In this document: one piece after another, positions 38,792 to 51,532 of the stretch
Layout of the letters: every line of letters begins with the position of its first letter
Numbering within the stretch: the stretch's first letter is position 1
Assembly: GCA_026025795.1 (NCBI GenBank)
Contig: JAPEUG010000076.1
Span: 1 to 54,735 of the forward strand
Direction of reading: 5' to 3'
Length of the DNA stretch: 54,735 nucleotides
Source: Thelocarpon superellum
Taxonomy: Eukaryota
Program-made: the position numbers and the translations under genes
The notes under the pieces: generated by a model
Databases searched by the model: none
The model's input: the letters and a program-made list of their open reading frames with translations, nothing else
What the model was told of the DNA's origin: nothing

Positions 38792-40000
38792 CTAGTCGAT
38801 CCGAGGCGGACTTTTCGATGCGTCTTTCTTGCCAAAAGGACTTGTGCTTCTTCTGTCGAGCCTCAGCGCCAGTGAGGGGTAGATGATGAGTGTGCGGGGA
38901 CTCACGATCGCCGCCGCTCGCCCTCTCGACGAAAGGTTTCAATGGTGCGCAGCATCTCTTTGCGGCCACCACTGGCATCAACGGCTTTGCCCGCCATGCT
39001 CATGGGGACCTTGTGCTGCGAGTTGGCTCGCAGCAAGCGTTTGGTCAGCAGGTGTCGCATCTGAATACACACGTACACGCCACAGTCGGAGCCGTTCTCC
39101 TGCTGCGGGCTGTCCTCCAGGTTGGTGAAGCGCAGCGACCGGCCCAGCAGCTGGCTGAGTTTGTGCGCCGCGTGCCGTGCGTCCTCCACGTTGGAGGGCG
39201 AGAGGGAATCATAATGGAAGGCGACGCCATCGATGACGCTGACGAGCAACAAGGACCAGTGCGAGCCGCCTTCAGCCACCTCGACGTTGCGGCAGTCGTT
39301 GATGGGAAGGAAGATATGCGTGGTACGGGAGAAGTCAGGGAGGGCGCTCTTGAGGGTGAGCGGGTTGGGCGTCTGCATCAGCAGGAAGGACATGGATGGT
39401 CGCAGCAGGACGATGTTCGAGTTGGGATATTGACTGAGCACCTCGCGTTCCAGATACCTGACACGCGTTAGGCGGATACCCACCATCAATGTCACGCCCA
39501 TGGAACCCACTCTTCCCAAAAAGCAATGCACTGCAACAAGGTCAACGCCCTTCAACGGTGGCCCAGCAGTGGAGCACTTACGTTGTCCGTCAGCCAGTCA
39601 TCCTTGAGCGTGTCGACGTCTTCTTTGGTGACTAGCGACCTCATTAGCATCTTCCGAGCCCAACGTCTCTCTCGGGCTCAGGTGACCCATACGGCGCACG
39701 TCGTAATCTGGGTGTCGCTCTGTCAACGAGGCTTCTTGGAGGAAGTGAGGGACAACCCGACATACAGCTTAGATACGCGTCGTCTGGACTCAGCTGCGGG
39801 CAGGCATTAGCTCGTGACCGAAACGGCATCATGAGTCGCAGAAGATGCATGCTGGTGATTGAAGCCGACAGCATGGCCCTGGGAAGGACATGGACAAGAA
39901 CGAGTTTCGAAGATGGGAAGGTTCAACGCCGGTGACGCACCGTGTCCCCAAAGTGTTTGCTGACTCTCCCTTTGAACGGATGGAAGCCTGAGGTATGCAT
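38792..40000 (-). CDS. denA: NEDD8-specific protease (DEN1/SENP8, Ulp1/C48 family)
   Basis: FGDT|LSPDDAYLS|YYDVR|LTKEDVDTLKDDWLTDN|CIAFWE, then FLPIND, GSHWSLL, HYDSL and QQENGSDCGVYV (catalytic His/Asp/Cys). Confidence 0.92.
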
Positions 40001-40058
40001 GGCGGTGGGAACAAAGCGTTGACCAAACCGAGCGGAGAGAGAAAAGGCCCGTTGCTCC

Positions 40059-40087
40059 TGCGTCGTGCGTCGTGCGTCGTGCGTCGT
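40059..40087. repeat. (TGCGTCG)4 tandem repeat upstream of denA
   Basis: Read directly from the sequence. Confidence 0.9.
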
Positions 40088-40984
40088 CTCGTCACTGCTC
40101 AACAATCACTGACGTAGGCCGCCGCTTCAGCGAGGTCACCCAGCGTCTCGCGCCTGCACCTAGAGTTCACGTGTTGTAGAGAGAACCCAAGGAAACGAGC
40201 TTGTGGCCTGGCTCCAGACATGCAAAAGGTTCACGGTGGTTCGAGCAGCGCCCCCGATGGGCCCGGTCGTGTGACGGGCCTTCACAATAATGACGATCTT
40301 GCTGGAAGGCACCACGATGCAGTACGGGAGCCGGGAACAATGTTTAAACAAGTCCAATGGTGCCCCCTTGCACACGCCCATACCGGTTTGGGGCGCAACG
40401 GACTCAGATCCGGGCCCCTCCACGCTTGCCCCACCACGACTCCTCGTTAGCTCCACGAGGTCGCGCCGCGTCTGACCATGGTCGATTGTACAGACAAGCC
40501 TTCCAGTTTTTACCACCTCCTTGGAGCATGCGTGACCCTACGAGGTATGCTACTCCGATGATACGATCAATTCCGAAAATAGGCCGCAATCCGTTTCGTT
40601 CGTTATGAGCGCCTTCTGCCGCTAAATGATACACTGGCTGGGCGCCGATTCGCGTCTCGTTGCAAGTCAAGCAATACTATCGACGAGTGGACGAAAGAAC
40701 CTCAGGTTACCCAGACCAGCAACCCAGCGGAATGTGGCGAACGCTGAGCTGCGGGTCTCTTTTGAGCCCACTATGAGAGAGGGGCAGACATCGGCTGTGG
40801 CACAAAGGTACGAAGTACGAAGAACTTCGTACGGGCCCTGGCCGTGTGCCGCGTTTTGCCGAGACGGAGGGGTGGGGAGGTCGAGTGCCGAGCTCCGTTG
40901 AATCGGTGCTTCACCTTCGCTATCGGCTGACCTCGCCTCAACCTGGACTTGACTGTCTCCAGCACAGCTCGAGCATAGTGAAAC

Positions 40985-42807
40985 ATGGCGGGTTTCCCTC
41001 TCACGTCGACTTTGCGCTCAGCACTTTGTCTTCGGACACCTCTGAACCGGACCTGTGCTCGGCCACTCAATTCGTCGCTGTTCCTTCGCACCCAACGAAC
41101 AGAACGCCGCACGCTCCATCTTTCGTCGCCCCGACCGAGCATTGCCACGAACCCCGCGGTCTCCGCAGCTGACGACTACCCAGTCGACCATGAACCAATT
41201 GCTCGGCCGGTCGACACGTACAATTTCCTGGACAATCAATTTGTCCCTTCCAATGCTTCGACATGGATCGATCTCCACGACCCCGCCACCAACAACCTAG
41301 TCACACGTGTGCCACAAAGCACGGATGAGGAGCTCCGGGCAGCTGTCGAGAGTGCCCAAAGGGCTTTTCCGAAGTGGAGGGCCACAAGCGTGCTGCAGCG
41401 GCAACAATTCATGTTCAAATTCGTGGCCCTTATCCGGCAGCACTGGGACCGGCTCGCCGCTAGCATTACGTTGGAACAAGGCAAGACGTTCGGTGATGCC
41501 AAGGGCGACGTCCTGAGAGGACTGCAAGTGGCCGAGACGGCATGTGCGATCACGACTCAACTCACCGGAGAGGTGTTGGAAGTGAGCACGGATATGGAGA
41601 CCAGGAGTTATCGAGAACCGTTGGGTGTGGTGGCAGCCATATGTCCCTTCAGTATGTGCCCATGATCTGAGACTCGACCACGCTCTCATCGATTGACAGA
41701 TTTCCCTGCCATGATTCCACTCTGGTCGATCCCCGTCGCCACCGTCACCGGTAATTGCATCATCTTGAAGCCATCGGAGAGAGACCCTGGGGCGGCGATG
41801 ATTCTTGCCCAGCTGGCCAAGGAAGCGGGTCTCCCAGACGGAGTACTTAACGTCGTACACGGTACCGCTCGCACCGTCGACTTCATTCTCGACGAGCCTG
41901 CCATCAAGGCCATCAGCTTCGTCGGAAGCAACCGCGCTGGAGAGTACATTTACAGCCGCGGCTCCGCCAATGGCAAGCGTGTGCAGGCGAATCTCGGGGC
42001 TAAAAATCACGCGGCCGTCTTGCCCGACTGTAACCGAAATCATGCCCTAAACGCCATCACCGGAGCCGCCTTTGGTGCAGCGGGTCAACGGTGTATGGCG
42101 CTTAGTACTCTGGTCATGGTCGGAGAAACCAAAGACTGGCTACCAGAAATCGCCGAGCGCGCCAAGCAGTTGAACGTCAACGGAGGCTTCGAGGAAGGCG
42201 CAGACCTGGGGCCGGTTATCTCGCCTCAAAGTAAGCAGAGGATCGAGGCGTTGATCCAAAGTGCCGAAGACGAGGGAGCGACCATCCTTCTCGATGGCCG
42301 CGGGCACACGCCGGAAAAATATCCTAACGGCAACTGGGTAAGCTCGTCTCGCACTGCCCAATCACGAGTACGACCTCTGATGCGTAGCAGGTCGGACCTA
42401 CGGTCATTGCGAATGTCAAGCCGCACATGAGATGTTACAGAGAGGAAATCTTCGGACCGGTGCTGGTCTGCCTGAACGTCGACACGATTGATGATGCCAT
42501 CGATCTCATCAACGCCAACGACTATGGTAACGGCGTGGCCATCTTCACACGCAGCGGCGCCACGGCCAATCGATTTCAGAGCGATATCGAAGCCGGACAG
42601 ATTGGCATCAACGTCCCTATTCCCGTTCCGCTCCCGATGTTCTCATTCACCGGTAATAAGAAGAGCATCGCGGGCGGTGGCGGCAATTATTTCTACGGCA
42701 AGCCAGGTCTCCACTTCTATACCCAGCTTAAGACCGTGACCAGTTTGTGGAGGAGCGAGGATGCCGTGGCCACCAAAGCTAGTGTGAATATGCCCACACA
42801 GAGCTGA
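40985..42807 (+). CDS. Mitochondrial methylmalonate-semialdehyde dehydrogenase (ALDH6 family)
   Basis: Arg-rich presequence, [59 protein letters not shown] and [17 protein letters not shown] motifs. Confidence 0.95.
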
Positions 42808-42962
42808 AGGCCTTGTTGATAGAGAAAAATGGTGAGCTCGTTTGATCTCCAAATACTGTGTCGCAAACGTGTATAACTTGGAAATGTTTATATATCTGCG
42901 GGGGCATCCTGATACCCGAAAGGTTATGAGACTATTGCAAGTGTGCCAGGATTGTCTTAGGG

Positions 42963-44435
42963 TCAATCTTCGAGGGGAACCTCCTGATCTTGCTTCTCCC
43001 CCATGCAGGCTGATTGATGAACCAAGTGCCCTCGCGTTCGTCGGGCATGATAGGTAAAGCACAGACTCGATGCTGTCAAAGCTCCCGCGCTCATCCAGAC
43101 CGGGTGGTGAAACTGATCCAGGCGGGCAAAGACCATAGTCGAGGCAAATGAGCAGAGCTCGTAGAGGTTCTGCATCGCCATCTCCGTGGTGGAGAACCGT
43201 CCGCGAGCATTCGATGGGATGCCCTAGCAAGATGAGCACTCACGCGCCCATCTTTCATCAGGTTGGAAATGTACCTCTTGCACGAGATATTGCACGGAGA
43301 GATCGAATCGCCACAGGCCGATTCGACCGACCACCACCATACCGACGGATCCTGCCACCGCCACAAGACGGAGCGACGGGGTGAATTTGAAAATCGCGAC
43401 TGCCAGGATAGTACAGCCTAGTTGCCAGTTGAGGAACCACAATCCCGATCGGACCGGCCCGATTCTCTCCATGACCAAAGAAGTGAGCCATGTCGCCATC
43501 AGCTCTACGGCTGTAGCGGTCGCCCTTAGGACGCTGACCCATGGTGCGGTGAAGCCCACGGACAGGAGGAATGTCACCATTTGGGCGCCGAAGGAGAGGA
43601 CAGTGAGGTATAGCACCGCAAGGGCGATCGATGGAAGGAACATGGGACTCGTAATATAACTTCTCCATGGTGACGCGGCACGGTCTAGTATTGATAGGAG
43701 CTCCGAAGTCCTTGCAATTCTCTCGTGGGTGACATCACGGGAACCATGGGCTGCAGCTATCGTTGGGTCTTCAAGGAAGCTCAACTCCGTGGAGTCTGGG
43801 AAAACGAGATAGACCGGGTACTGCGTCATAGATCTATCCACGTTATTACGCGTCGAATGCCGAAGACGGATATCAGCCTCGGCGTACTTGGGCGATGGTA
43901 ACATATTCCACGGGCAGAGAGACCACACTGAATCCCAGCACGATCCAGATACCCAGCTCATGAGAGAAGGCGTCTATAGCGGATATGACAACAGGGGCTG
44001 GCAGCTTGGCAAGCAAGGTTATCCTTCGTAGTGTCGCGTTGAGACCTTACGAAATACCAGTGTTAGTTGCCACATTGATCACTCTTACCGGCGGCCAACC
44101 ACCTCCTCTCCGATCCTCACCATTCTTGCAGATTGACACGACCTAGAACAGAGCGCCATCTTGAGCATGAACTGTCAACCAGTCGTGTATGGACCAATGA
44201 CAAAGTGACCCACCCAGTCCCGTTCAATTGCTACTCTGTTCGCAATGGACGCAAGTTTCTCGAAGCGAGCCAAACCTGCGGCAGCCACGAAAAGGAGGAG
44301 CGAAAGCGCCGACGTAGAGCCGTTTCTCTCCAGTACGCTTCCCCACTCCTCGATATCAGACCACCGGGAGTAAATCGACGGAGGATGGGAGGGGCTGCAG
44401 GATCCTCGAGCACCAACCGTCAATCTTGGTGTCAA
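42963..44435 (-). pseudogene. Ferroportin-like (SLC40/FPN1) transporter, probably pseudogenised
   Basis: EKLASIANRVAIERDW, LNATLRRITLLAKL, LYLTVLSFG, RIGPVRSGLW, GLWRFDLSVQYLVQE and QNLYELCSF motifs. The exon frame IYDAVPGL.. hits TGA at 43771-43773 while the C-lobe continues in another frame. The first TM helices are not recognisable. Confidence 0.78.
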
Positions 44436-45442
44436 GTCTGGGCGTCAACTGCGGATATGATTGGTGGCCTGATCATAGCAAAATCTCTGAGGACATGCTG
44501 CGGCCTTTCCCCCGCAAGGCAATAGATCCTGCCTTGCTCCATCCGCCACAAATACCCACCACGTGCTATCCACGTGCTGGGTTCGGTTCTAAAGAGAAGA
44601 CCCGCCTGCGGTAACGGCAAGTTGTAAGACGCCAACATTGTTACCAACGAAGCGAGCCGAATCGAAATAGAATTCCCCGGTCGAGGCTAGAATTGTGCCA
44701 GTCAGGCGCTGGCAACGCTAGACGCTCGTCGCTCGACGCTCGATGCGCGATCTGAAAGTGCTTGGGCTCCTACCCAGGGTATCCCAGGAAACTCCCTCAA
44801 GATTATCTTCACCAGATGAAGCACGCATCTCGAATCAGCAGGTGCAGAGGCGGGGCAAGGGGACGATGACCAAACGTCGCGTCGAACTCGATTCTATTCG
44901 AGACCAACGTCTCGCTTGGTGCGGCATGAGATGCTGCTTCACGCTCGCAGACGAAAGGATGGTGCACTCGCTGTTCATTATTAAGGCAATATGAGCGGGG
45001 CGATATTTGCGGGGATCCCCGCGATCTCCCGCGCCCCGACATGTTTGGGCCTGTTCTTCGGGCATCGACTGTGAGCGGCATTCGCCGGCCCACCACCTCC
45101 GATACACCTTTGCGAGACTCTAGGAGGATCCGGGCACCCTGGCACAAATTCTGATGACCATCTTCCCGTGCGTCCCATTCGCTTGCGCCAGCGACATGGC
45201 TGACCAGCCCTGCACCGTGAATCCTGCTGCGGCATAAATCATCGCACGCGGAGCGTCGATGGAAGCTCTGCCAGGGAGCACATTTCTACCAACGTCGGCG
45301 AACACGAGACTGAGAGGCTCCATGAGCCCCCACGTCGTCGCAACGAAGACGGCCATGAGCTCTCGAGAGGCGGAGGGACGATACAAGAGGCCCCGGCCTC
45401 CAGTCAAAATTTCTCCGCAAGTAACTCCTCTATTACGGCTCC

Positions 45443-46273
45443 ATGATGAAGACCGACCGACTTATCGCGTGGGCCCTAGCAGCGGGCCTGGCAGCCCGGG
45501 CTCAAATGCTTTACCACCCGACGACCTCTGCTCCCTCAAAGATTTCTGATGTCGACGGCTTTCCACATATCCCAACCTGTGTCCCAGTAGGGCCAGTAGG
45601 AGCCTCTACCCGGCACACCACCTCGGTTGTCCGGCCTGCGCCCAATCTGTGGTCGTGGATGCCCTCCCAGCCGCTCGATGATGGGCCTCTGGCGTGCCTC
45701 ATCACCCAGAACGAGAGCAAGCTGTGTCTCCCACCTGGCACATACGACCTTGGACGGCCGATGATCTACGATTTTCCCTATGCCGACGTTGTTAAGCTCG
45801 CCTTACCCCATGGTGGGCTCGCAGATTTCGGCATCAACGGAGATGTCGCAAGCTTCAACGAGTCCTGCAACGACTCTACGATCATTGACGTTGTCACGAT
45901 GACTTCGGTGCCGGCGGAGGTTGGTCGTGCCAACTTGACGCTCCAATTACCCGTGGATCCACCAGTAGCCTGCTTATTCTCGGAAGCACACTACCGAGGA
46001 GCAGTGAAATGCTTCGGCCTGGGCGCCTTGATCCTCCCGGCCGCTATGCTGAATCAGACCGCGTCTATCTGGCTGCATGGCGGAGCATTGGCCATCGGAT
46101 ATGGCGCAAACGGCACTCGAACCGCTTTCTCGGTCTTGATGAGCAACCCGGGAAACTTGAACGAAATGATGACCGTCAGCGACCTTTATCTGACCGAGCT
46201 ACTAGTCGAACTACTTCCGACAAATGGCGTCTGTCCGAATGGCTACACCATTGCCCAGATAGGGGACGCCTAG
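45443..46273 (+). CDS. Secreted Cys-containing protein with a beta/gamma-crystallin-like motif
   Basis: Intronless 276-aa ORF with signal peptide. Contains ACLFSEAHYRGAVKCFGLG...NQTASIWLHGGA. Confidence 0.65.
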   Translation: MMKTDRLIAWALAAGLAARAQMLYHPTTSAPSKISDVDGFPHIPTCVPVGPVGASTRHTTSVVRPAPNLWSWMPSQPLDDGPLACLITQNESKLCLPPGTYDLGRPMIYDFPYADVVKLALPHGGLADFGINGDVASFNESCNDSTIIDVVTMTSVPAEVGRANLTLQLPVDPPVACLFSEAHYRGAVKCFGLGALILPAAMLNQTASIWLHGGALAIGYGANGTRTAFSVLMSNPGNLNEMMTVSDLYLTELLVELLPTNGVCPNGYTIAQIGDA

Positions 46274-49184
46274 ATTCGGCCCAATTTCCTGATATACAGC
46301 TCACCCGCGTGTCGGTGTCCCTATCAGCGCGTTTGATACACCTCCTTTCGAGATTTCAACACTTGCCCAACCGGTCTTGTGAGGGGTGGAATCTGTCGCT
46401 CTTTTGGAGATACAAATGACGCTGACGGCCTCCAAGGCAAACGACTATCATGCAGTGGCCTTCAACCGCAGCTGTCCGGGGGTTTGGCTATCTGCTTGAG
46501 CTTACTGATTCCACCACCATAAGTCTAATCGATCATAATCCTCCAGCACACTTCTTGAGCAGTCCGAGCATCTCGCAAAAGCGAAAGTAAGCATGTAGTT
46601 GTAATGGGCCGAACACGGCCCCTCCTCCTATTGGCAAAGAAAGAGACGCTTATCCCCGGTCACGGAGATAACGTGCCAGGTGAGTAACAACAGGGCTATT
46701 CTGACAATGATCAGAGAGGCTAAAGACTTGAGACCTTCCCATTTCTGCTTCTGGAGATACGTCTCTTGAGCTAAAGGGCCACAAACAACGTTCCGATTGG
46801 GGGATGGACGTACGGTAGACGAGACGAGGTCATGTTCCAGAAATATGTAGTATGCGCCGTTTCCTCGGGAGGACTTCACAGATGACTGGCGCAAGTGCAG
46901 AAGTTGCCCACACAGCTTCCATATCGCCTAGCCTGGAAGCCGTGTGCGCGACCTGAAGGAGCCGTTAAGCCTAGCCCCTGGACCGTGATTCCCACCAGGG
47001 TTGTCCTGCGAATCCGAAAGCGAGTTCGATCTAAAATAGCCCGGCACGGCGCCTTAGTGATCGTGGCGAGCCTCGCCTGGTAGGCTGACCATTGAACGAG
47101 AGAGCACTTTTCCCACCCGACTTGTATTCCAATCGGAGGAGGGGCCACCCCTCGAGGACGGAGTGGTCATGCGGGGTTCGTCGACGGGCTGCACAAGCGT
47201 GGCGTTGAACACGCCTGCATCCTGTGGCGACTATCTCGCACTATTTGACAGGCTAAGATGATCAGCACATTTGCTCGTGTTGGTTGGATCGGGATACGTA
47301 ATAGGCTAGCAGGGTGTCTCTTCATCCCGTCCGCCGGCGCCGTGTCCCCTGCATGCGTCGCCCACCTCCCCAGATTCTGGACGCCGTTACCGATATCCAG
47401 CTCTCGCGCCTCGCACGTGAAGTCAGTTGTGGTGCAAAGTCTTTAGGGTTCGAGGCGACGATCAGCCTATGCCCAACCCGCGGAGCTCGACGGAAGGTCG
47501 TACGATGGTCTGTGCATTCTCACCTCAACGTCTCCTCTCGGCATTCAGATGTGCCAGTGCACCCGCGGCGCGTACCGTAAATTTTGCCCTCTCGCCGCGG
47601 TGACATGCAGATGTGCAGGGAGAGCTGAGAGGCTATCTGGAGTCGGGATGATCATCAACTCCAGCCACGTCACACAGACCACCTTGAGCGATCGTCCACA
47701 TTCTACACGCGTACGGGTGCGAGAGGCGTGCGCGACCCACGACAGACCAACTTCTGCTGCCGAGCGATCCGGCGCCGCGCTGCATAATAATGTGCAGTCT
47801 CATGTGGAGCCTGATATCTTCAGTCGGCTATGCCAGACACATGGAAGTCAAGAATCAAGGCTGTCACTGATAACCCCCAGGCAGCGGGTGCGGCGACCTT
47901 CCACACACCTCTCCCGTCCGCATTGTGCCGGAGCCGGAGCCACGAGCCGTACGAGTCCCGTGCTCGCTCGCTTACCCAGCCATGCACTCACACCCACCGT
48001 GCCACCCAACTCCAGCGTCGGGAGGCGTCCTGACCGCCAAGCTCGTATCGAGCCGACGCTGACTGGCCCTTCTCCATCTCGTGGCGCATCGTTCGGGAGC
48101 ATCGACAAATGAAGCGCCGAGGTCCAACGTTGACCAGGTGCCAAAGAAAGCGAATGAACATGGGCGGACCGCGAGTCTGACGCGAACCGCCCGGTCGAGC
48201 GTGTTGGCCATTATTTGCAGTCATTGGCTGTGGCGCCTGTCAACATGTCACCAAATGGGATGAGCGCACGCCATGCGCTTGGACCACACCCGCACGCGAG
48301 ACCTGAGCCTGGCAGCTTGGTACCCGGACGAACACAGGTCTTCCTGGGCCTCGAGCCGAATCGACGAAGACTGTTAGCGAACGGACGAATGAGCGACTTG
48401 CATCTGCTCCAGTATGATGGTCGTCTCGGAGGGGGGAAAGGCGGCTGAGACCAAGGATCTGGCGTCAGAGCCCATGGCGATTGGTCCGTCCACGCGAGCT
48501 TGTTGCCCTCGGCAGATCGCTGAGTCATCCCAAATACAACTTGACCGTCAGCTGTTGTGTAAAAGGCGAAGTGTAGTGAGCAAACGACGGTTACGACGCC
48601 TCGTTCGAGCGCGGACCATGTCCAGCCGCGCCAATTGTGCTGGGAGATAAGGTTCGTGAAGGCTTTCCAGAAGATCACGACGGCACGGTAGCTGGGGGGC
48701 CGACCTTTCGGCCATTCGTGACCACAAGATGATTTGTCGACGCGAGGCTAGAGCGGGCCTAGTGGATGACGGCCCAGCTCCTTTTGGGGAACGGGAGAGC
48801 TGGGTCCATCCATGGTGCAGCCACGGGCAGGTTGCAGGAAGGCACGAGCTGCTGTTCCGCGAACCCGCGCGACCGCTGGGGGTGCCTGCGCACTAGCTGC
48901 TTCGCGTCCCCCAACCCGAAGTCGACGACTCCTCGACAATGGGTCAGCGGCCGCAGCCCGCCCTGAGCACCCGCGCTGCACGAGCGACGGGAGAGGAGGG
49001 GGGGGGGGGACCTCGCTAGGGCATGCCGCGCCTCATGGGCCAGCGCTGGACCGCTGTAGCAGTAGTGGGTGTCGTCCATCGCTCCTCAAGAGCCCCTCCC
49101 TTTCCCTCTGCACGACGTCCGTTGAATGGGCAGTAACCATTCTACACGCCTCGAGCGGCACCACAGGGCCCCCAGGACGTCGCC

Positions 49185-50743
49185 ATGTCCTCCCCAGAGG
49201 ACAACACGATCCAGTATCAGTTCTCGCATCTGTACCAGAGCGAGCAATGGCAGATCATCGTCCTCAACACGGTCATGGCGACCCTGAGCACCATCGCCGT
49301 CGGCCTCCGACTGATGGCCCGGAGGGTGGTCAAGATGCCCTTCAGCTGGGATGACTATACCATCATCGCGGCATTAGTGAGTGCTGATACCGAGCGGCAG
49401 CCGTGGAGACCGAGGCATTGACGACAGACAGATCTTATCATACGCGCTGTGCATCTCGGCGTTGACAGGTGAGCGCCCTGTCGGCCACCTGCGTCGGCCA
49501 CTGCTAAAGATCGTGCAGCGGTGCATTTTGGATTTGGCAAACATGATCTTTCCAACACCATTCCGGGCCTGGAGCACCTCTTGCGGGTATGTGGATGAGT
49601 CTTTCCCGTCCTGATCCGATTCATTGCGCGGGCGAGCCTGATGGACTTTCTGACGGGGGTGCAGTCCCTTTATATTTACCTCATCGTCTACGTCCTCTGT
49701 CTCCCCACGGTCAAACTCTCCATCCTCCTCTTTTACCTGCGCATCTTCACCACCCCCAACTTCAAACGATTAGCCTACGTCTCCATCGCCTTCGTCGTCA
49801 TATGGTCCCTCTCCGCCTTTCTCGCGCTCGTCTTTGCGTGCCAGCCCATCAATGCCTGGTGGATCGCGGACGTGAACGCGCACTGCATGAACGACTATGA
49901 CTTCCTGATGGCCGAGAGCGGCATCACGATCTTAACGGACGTCTGGTTGCTGGTCATGCCCATGCCGCTGGTGTGGAAGCTTCAAATTTCGCGGCAGCAG
50001 AAGCTTGCTCTCTCCGGCGTTTTTCTTCTCGGTGGCTTGTGCGTGGTCTCGTCCCCCTAATCGGCATGCCCTTCGTCGCTAACCACTCTCGGCAGCGTTT
50101 GCGTCGCAAGTATCGTCCGGATGCCTACGCTTTATCTGATGTTCACCACGGACACTCCATGTAAGGCCCCTGCCGTCTCCACCGCCTTCCCGTCGCGGCC
50201 GAGTCACGGCTGACCAGATCAGGGACGGCGTACAGTCCGGAGCAATGGTCCGTCATCGAGGCCAATGTCGGCATCCTCTGTGCTTGCCTCCCCATCATGC
50301 GGCCCTTGGTACGCCGGTCACGGTATCACGATAGCAAGAGTTATCAGTTCATGCCCTGGATGGGCCGGCAGCACGATCGGCCAAGCTCGCGCACCAAGGC
50401 GATGTGGTCCAGCGCCACGACCGACATTGCCGACAGCGAAGAGGCCTTGAGCTCCTACCGACATCTCGACATTCCCGCGCAAGATCCGTGGTACCGGCAT
50501 TTACGGATGATCCGTGAAGCGGGAGAAGCACGCATCGCCGCGGCGCTCGTCAGGCCCGACAAAGATCAGCTCACGAGATGGGGCGGGGTCGAGCTCGGCG
50601 AGCGATCTTCCGAGGAAGACTCCCACGGCGAAGACAAAGCCATCCAGATGGAAGTCTCGACGACGACGATGACGACGACGTTCGACGCCAATCCGGGTAA
50701 AGCATATAAGCCACCAAAGGAATTCCGCATTTCGTTCAAGTGA
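49185..50743 (+). CDS. PTH11-like (CFEM-less) seven-TM integral membrane receptor
   Basis: LRLMAR..WDDY, GFGKH, KLSILLFYLRIF, CQPI..W, TDVWLLVMPMPLVWKLQ, F|VCVASIVR and EANVGILCACLPIMRPL motifs. Confidence 0.9.
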
Positions 50744-51532
50744 TTGGGCTAACGACTTGGGATATGGGTTCGGAAGGAATGGGTTTTGCCGCATGTATGC
50801 GTGCATTGACGATATACGGTAGCATTTGGAGGGTGCGGCGGCATTATTTTGGGCGTTTATGGAGATCCCTTCTGCATCAGCATCGGGTTTGTCCACTTTG
50901 GCTTTCTCACCCTGTCTTTCACTTCCATTCTACCGACCTCCTCTTCTTCCACTGAACTCTCCCAGACCGGAGTCATTGGCTCTGCGGCCCTAGTCACGTC
51001 TGCATGACTGGGATAGTCCGTGCTGCTTCGATTCCGCCAGCCCCTACCACACCACCCGACTGAACGTGATAAACGACAGGAAATAGTAGGCCGATGCCTG
51101 AGCATGACATCTCATCCGTTTCCACTCGCAACAGACGTAGATGATGTCTCAGTACAATCAGCCTAGCCGCATGGTCTGTCCGATTCGCCAAAAGTGTGCG
51201 GCCTTCTTCTTGGGCGCCTTTGTGTCAAGACTGCAAGTCGCCAGTCCCGAACGATTCGCATAAGACAAAGCCTTAAGGGGTGCGTGGAGGCCACTCGACA
51301 ATGGCGGGATGCCATCCTGGACCTGGAAGTAGATAGGCTCATGACGCACCTGACCAGCATATCGTAGCCCGGCGATGAGGGAGGGCGTGGCGCAGTCAAA
51401 TTGCTTCACGTAGTTTCGCTCTTCACCGCCCGCCGCCACTCGCTTCAGGCCAAGCAGGAGATCCGATGTGTTGACAAATTAACTTGATGCACATCTTCCA
51501 CATCATCCACGTCATGGTCTTGAATCGGCGAC

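Noticed and set aside
50857..51439. Small minus-strand ORFs between the PTH11-like gene and UBA4
   Set aside because: No recognisable family and no convincing spliced model.
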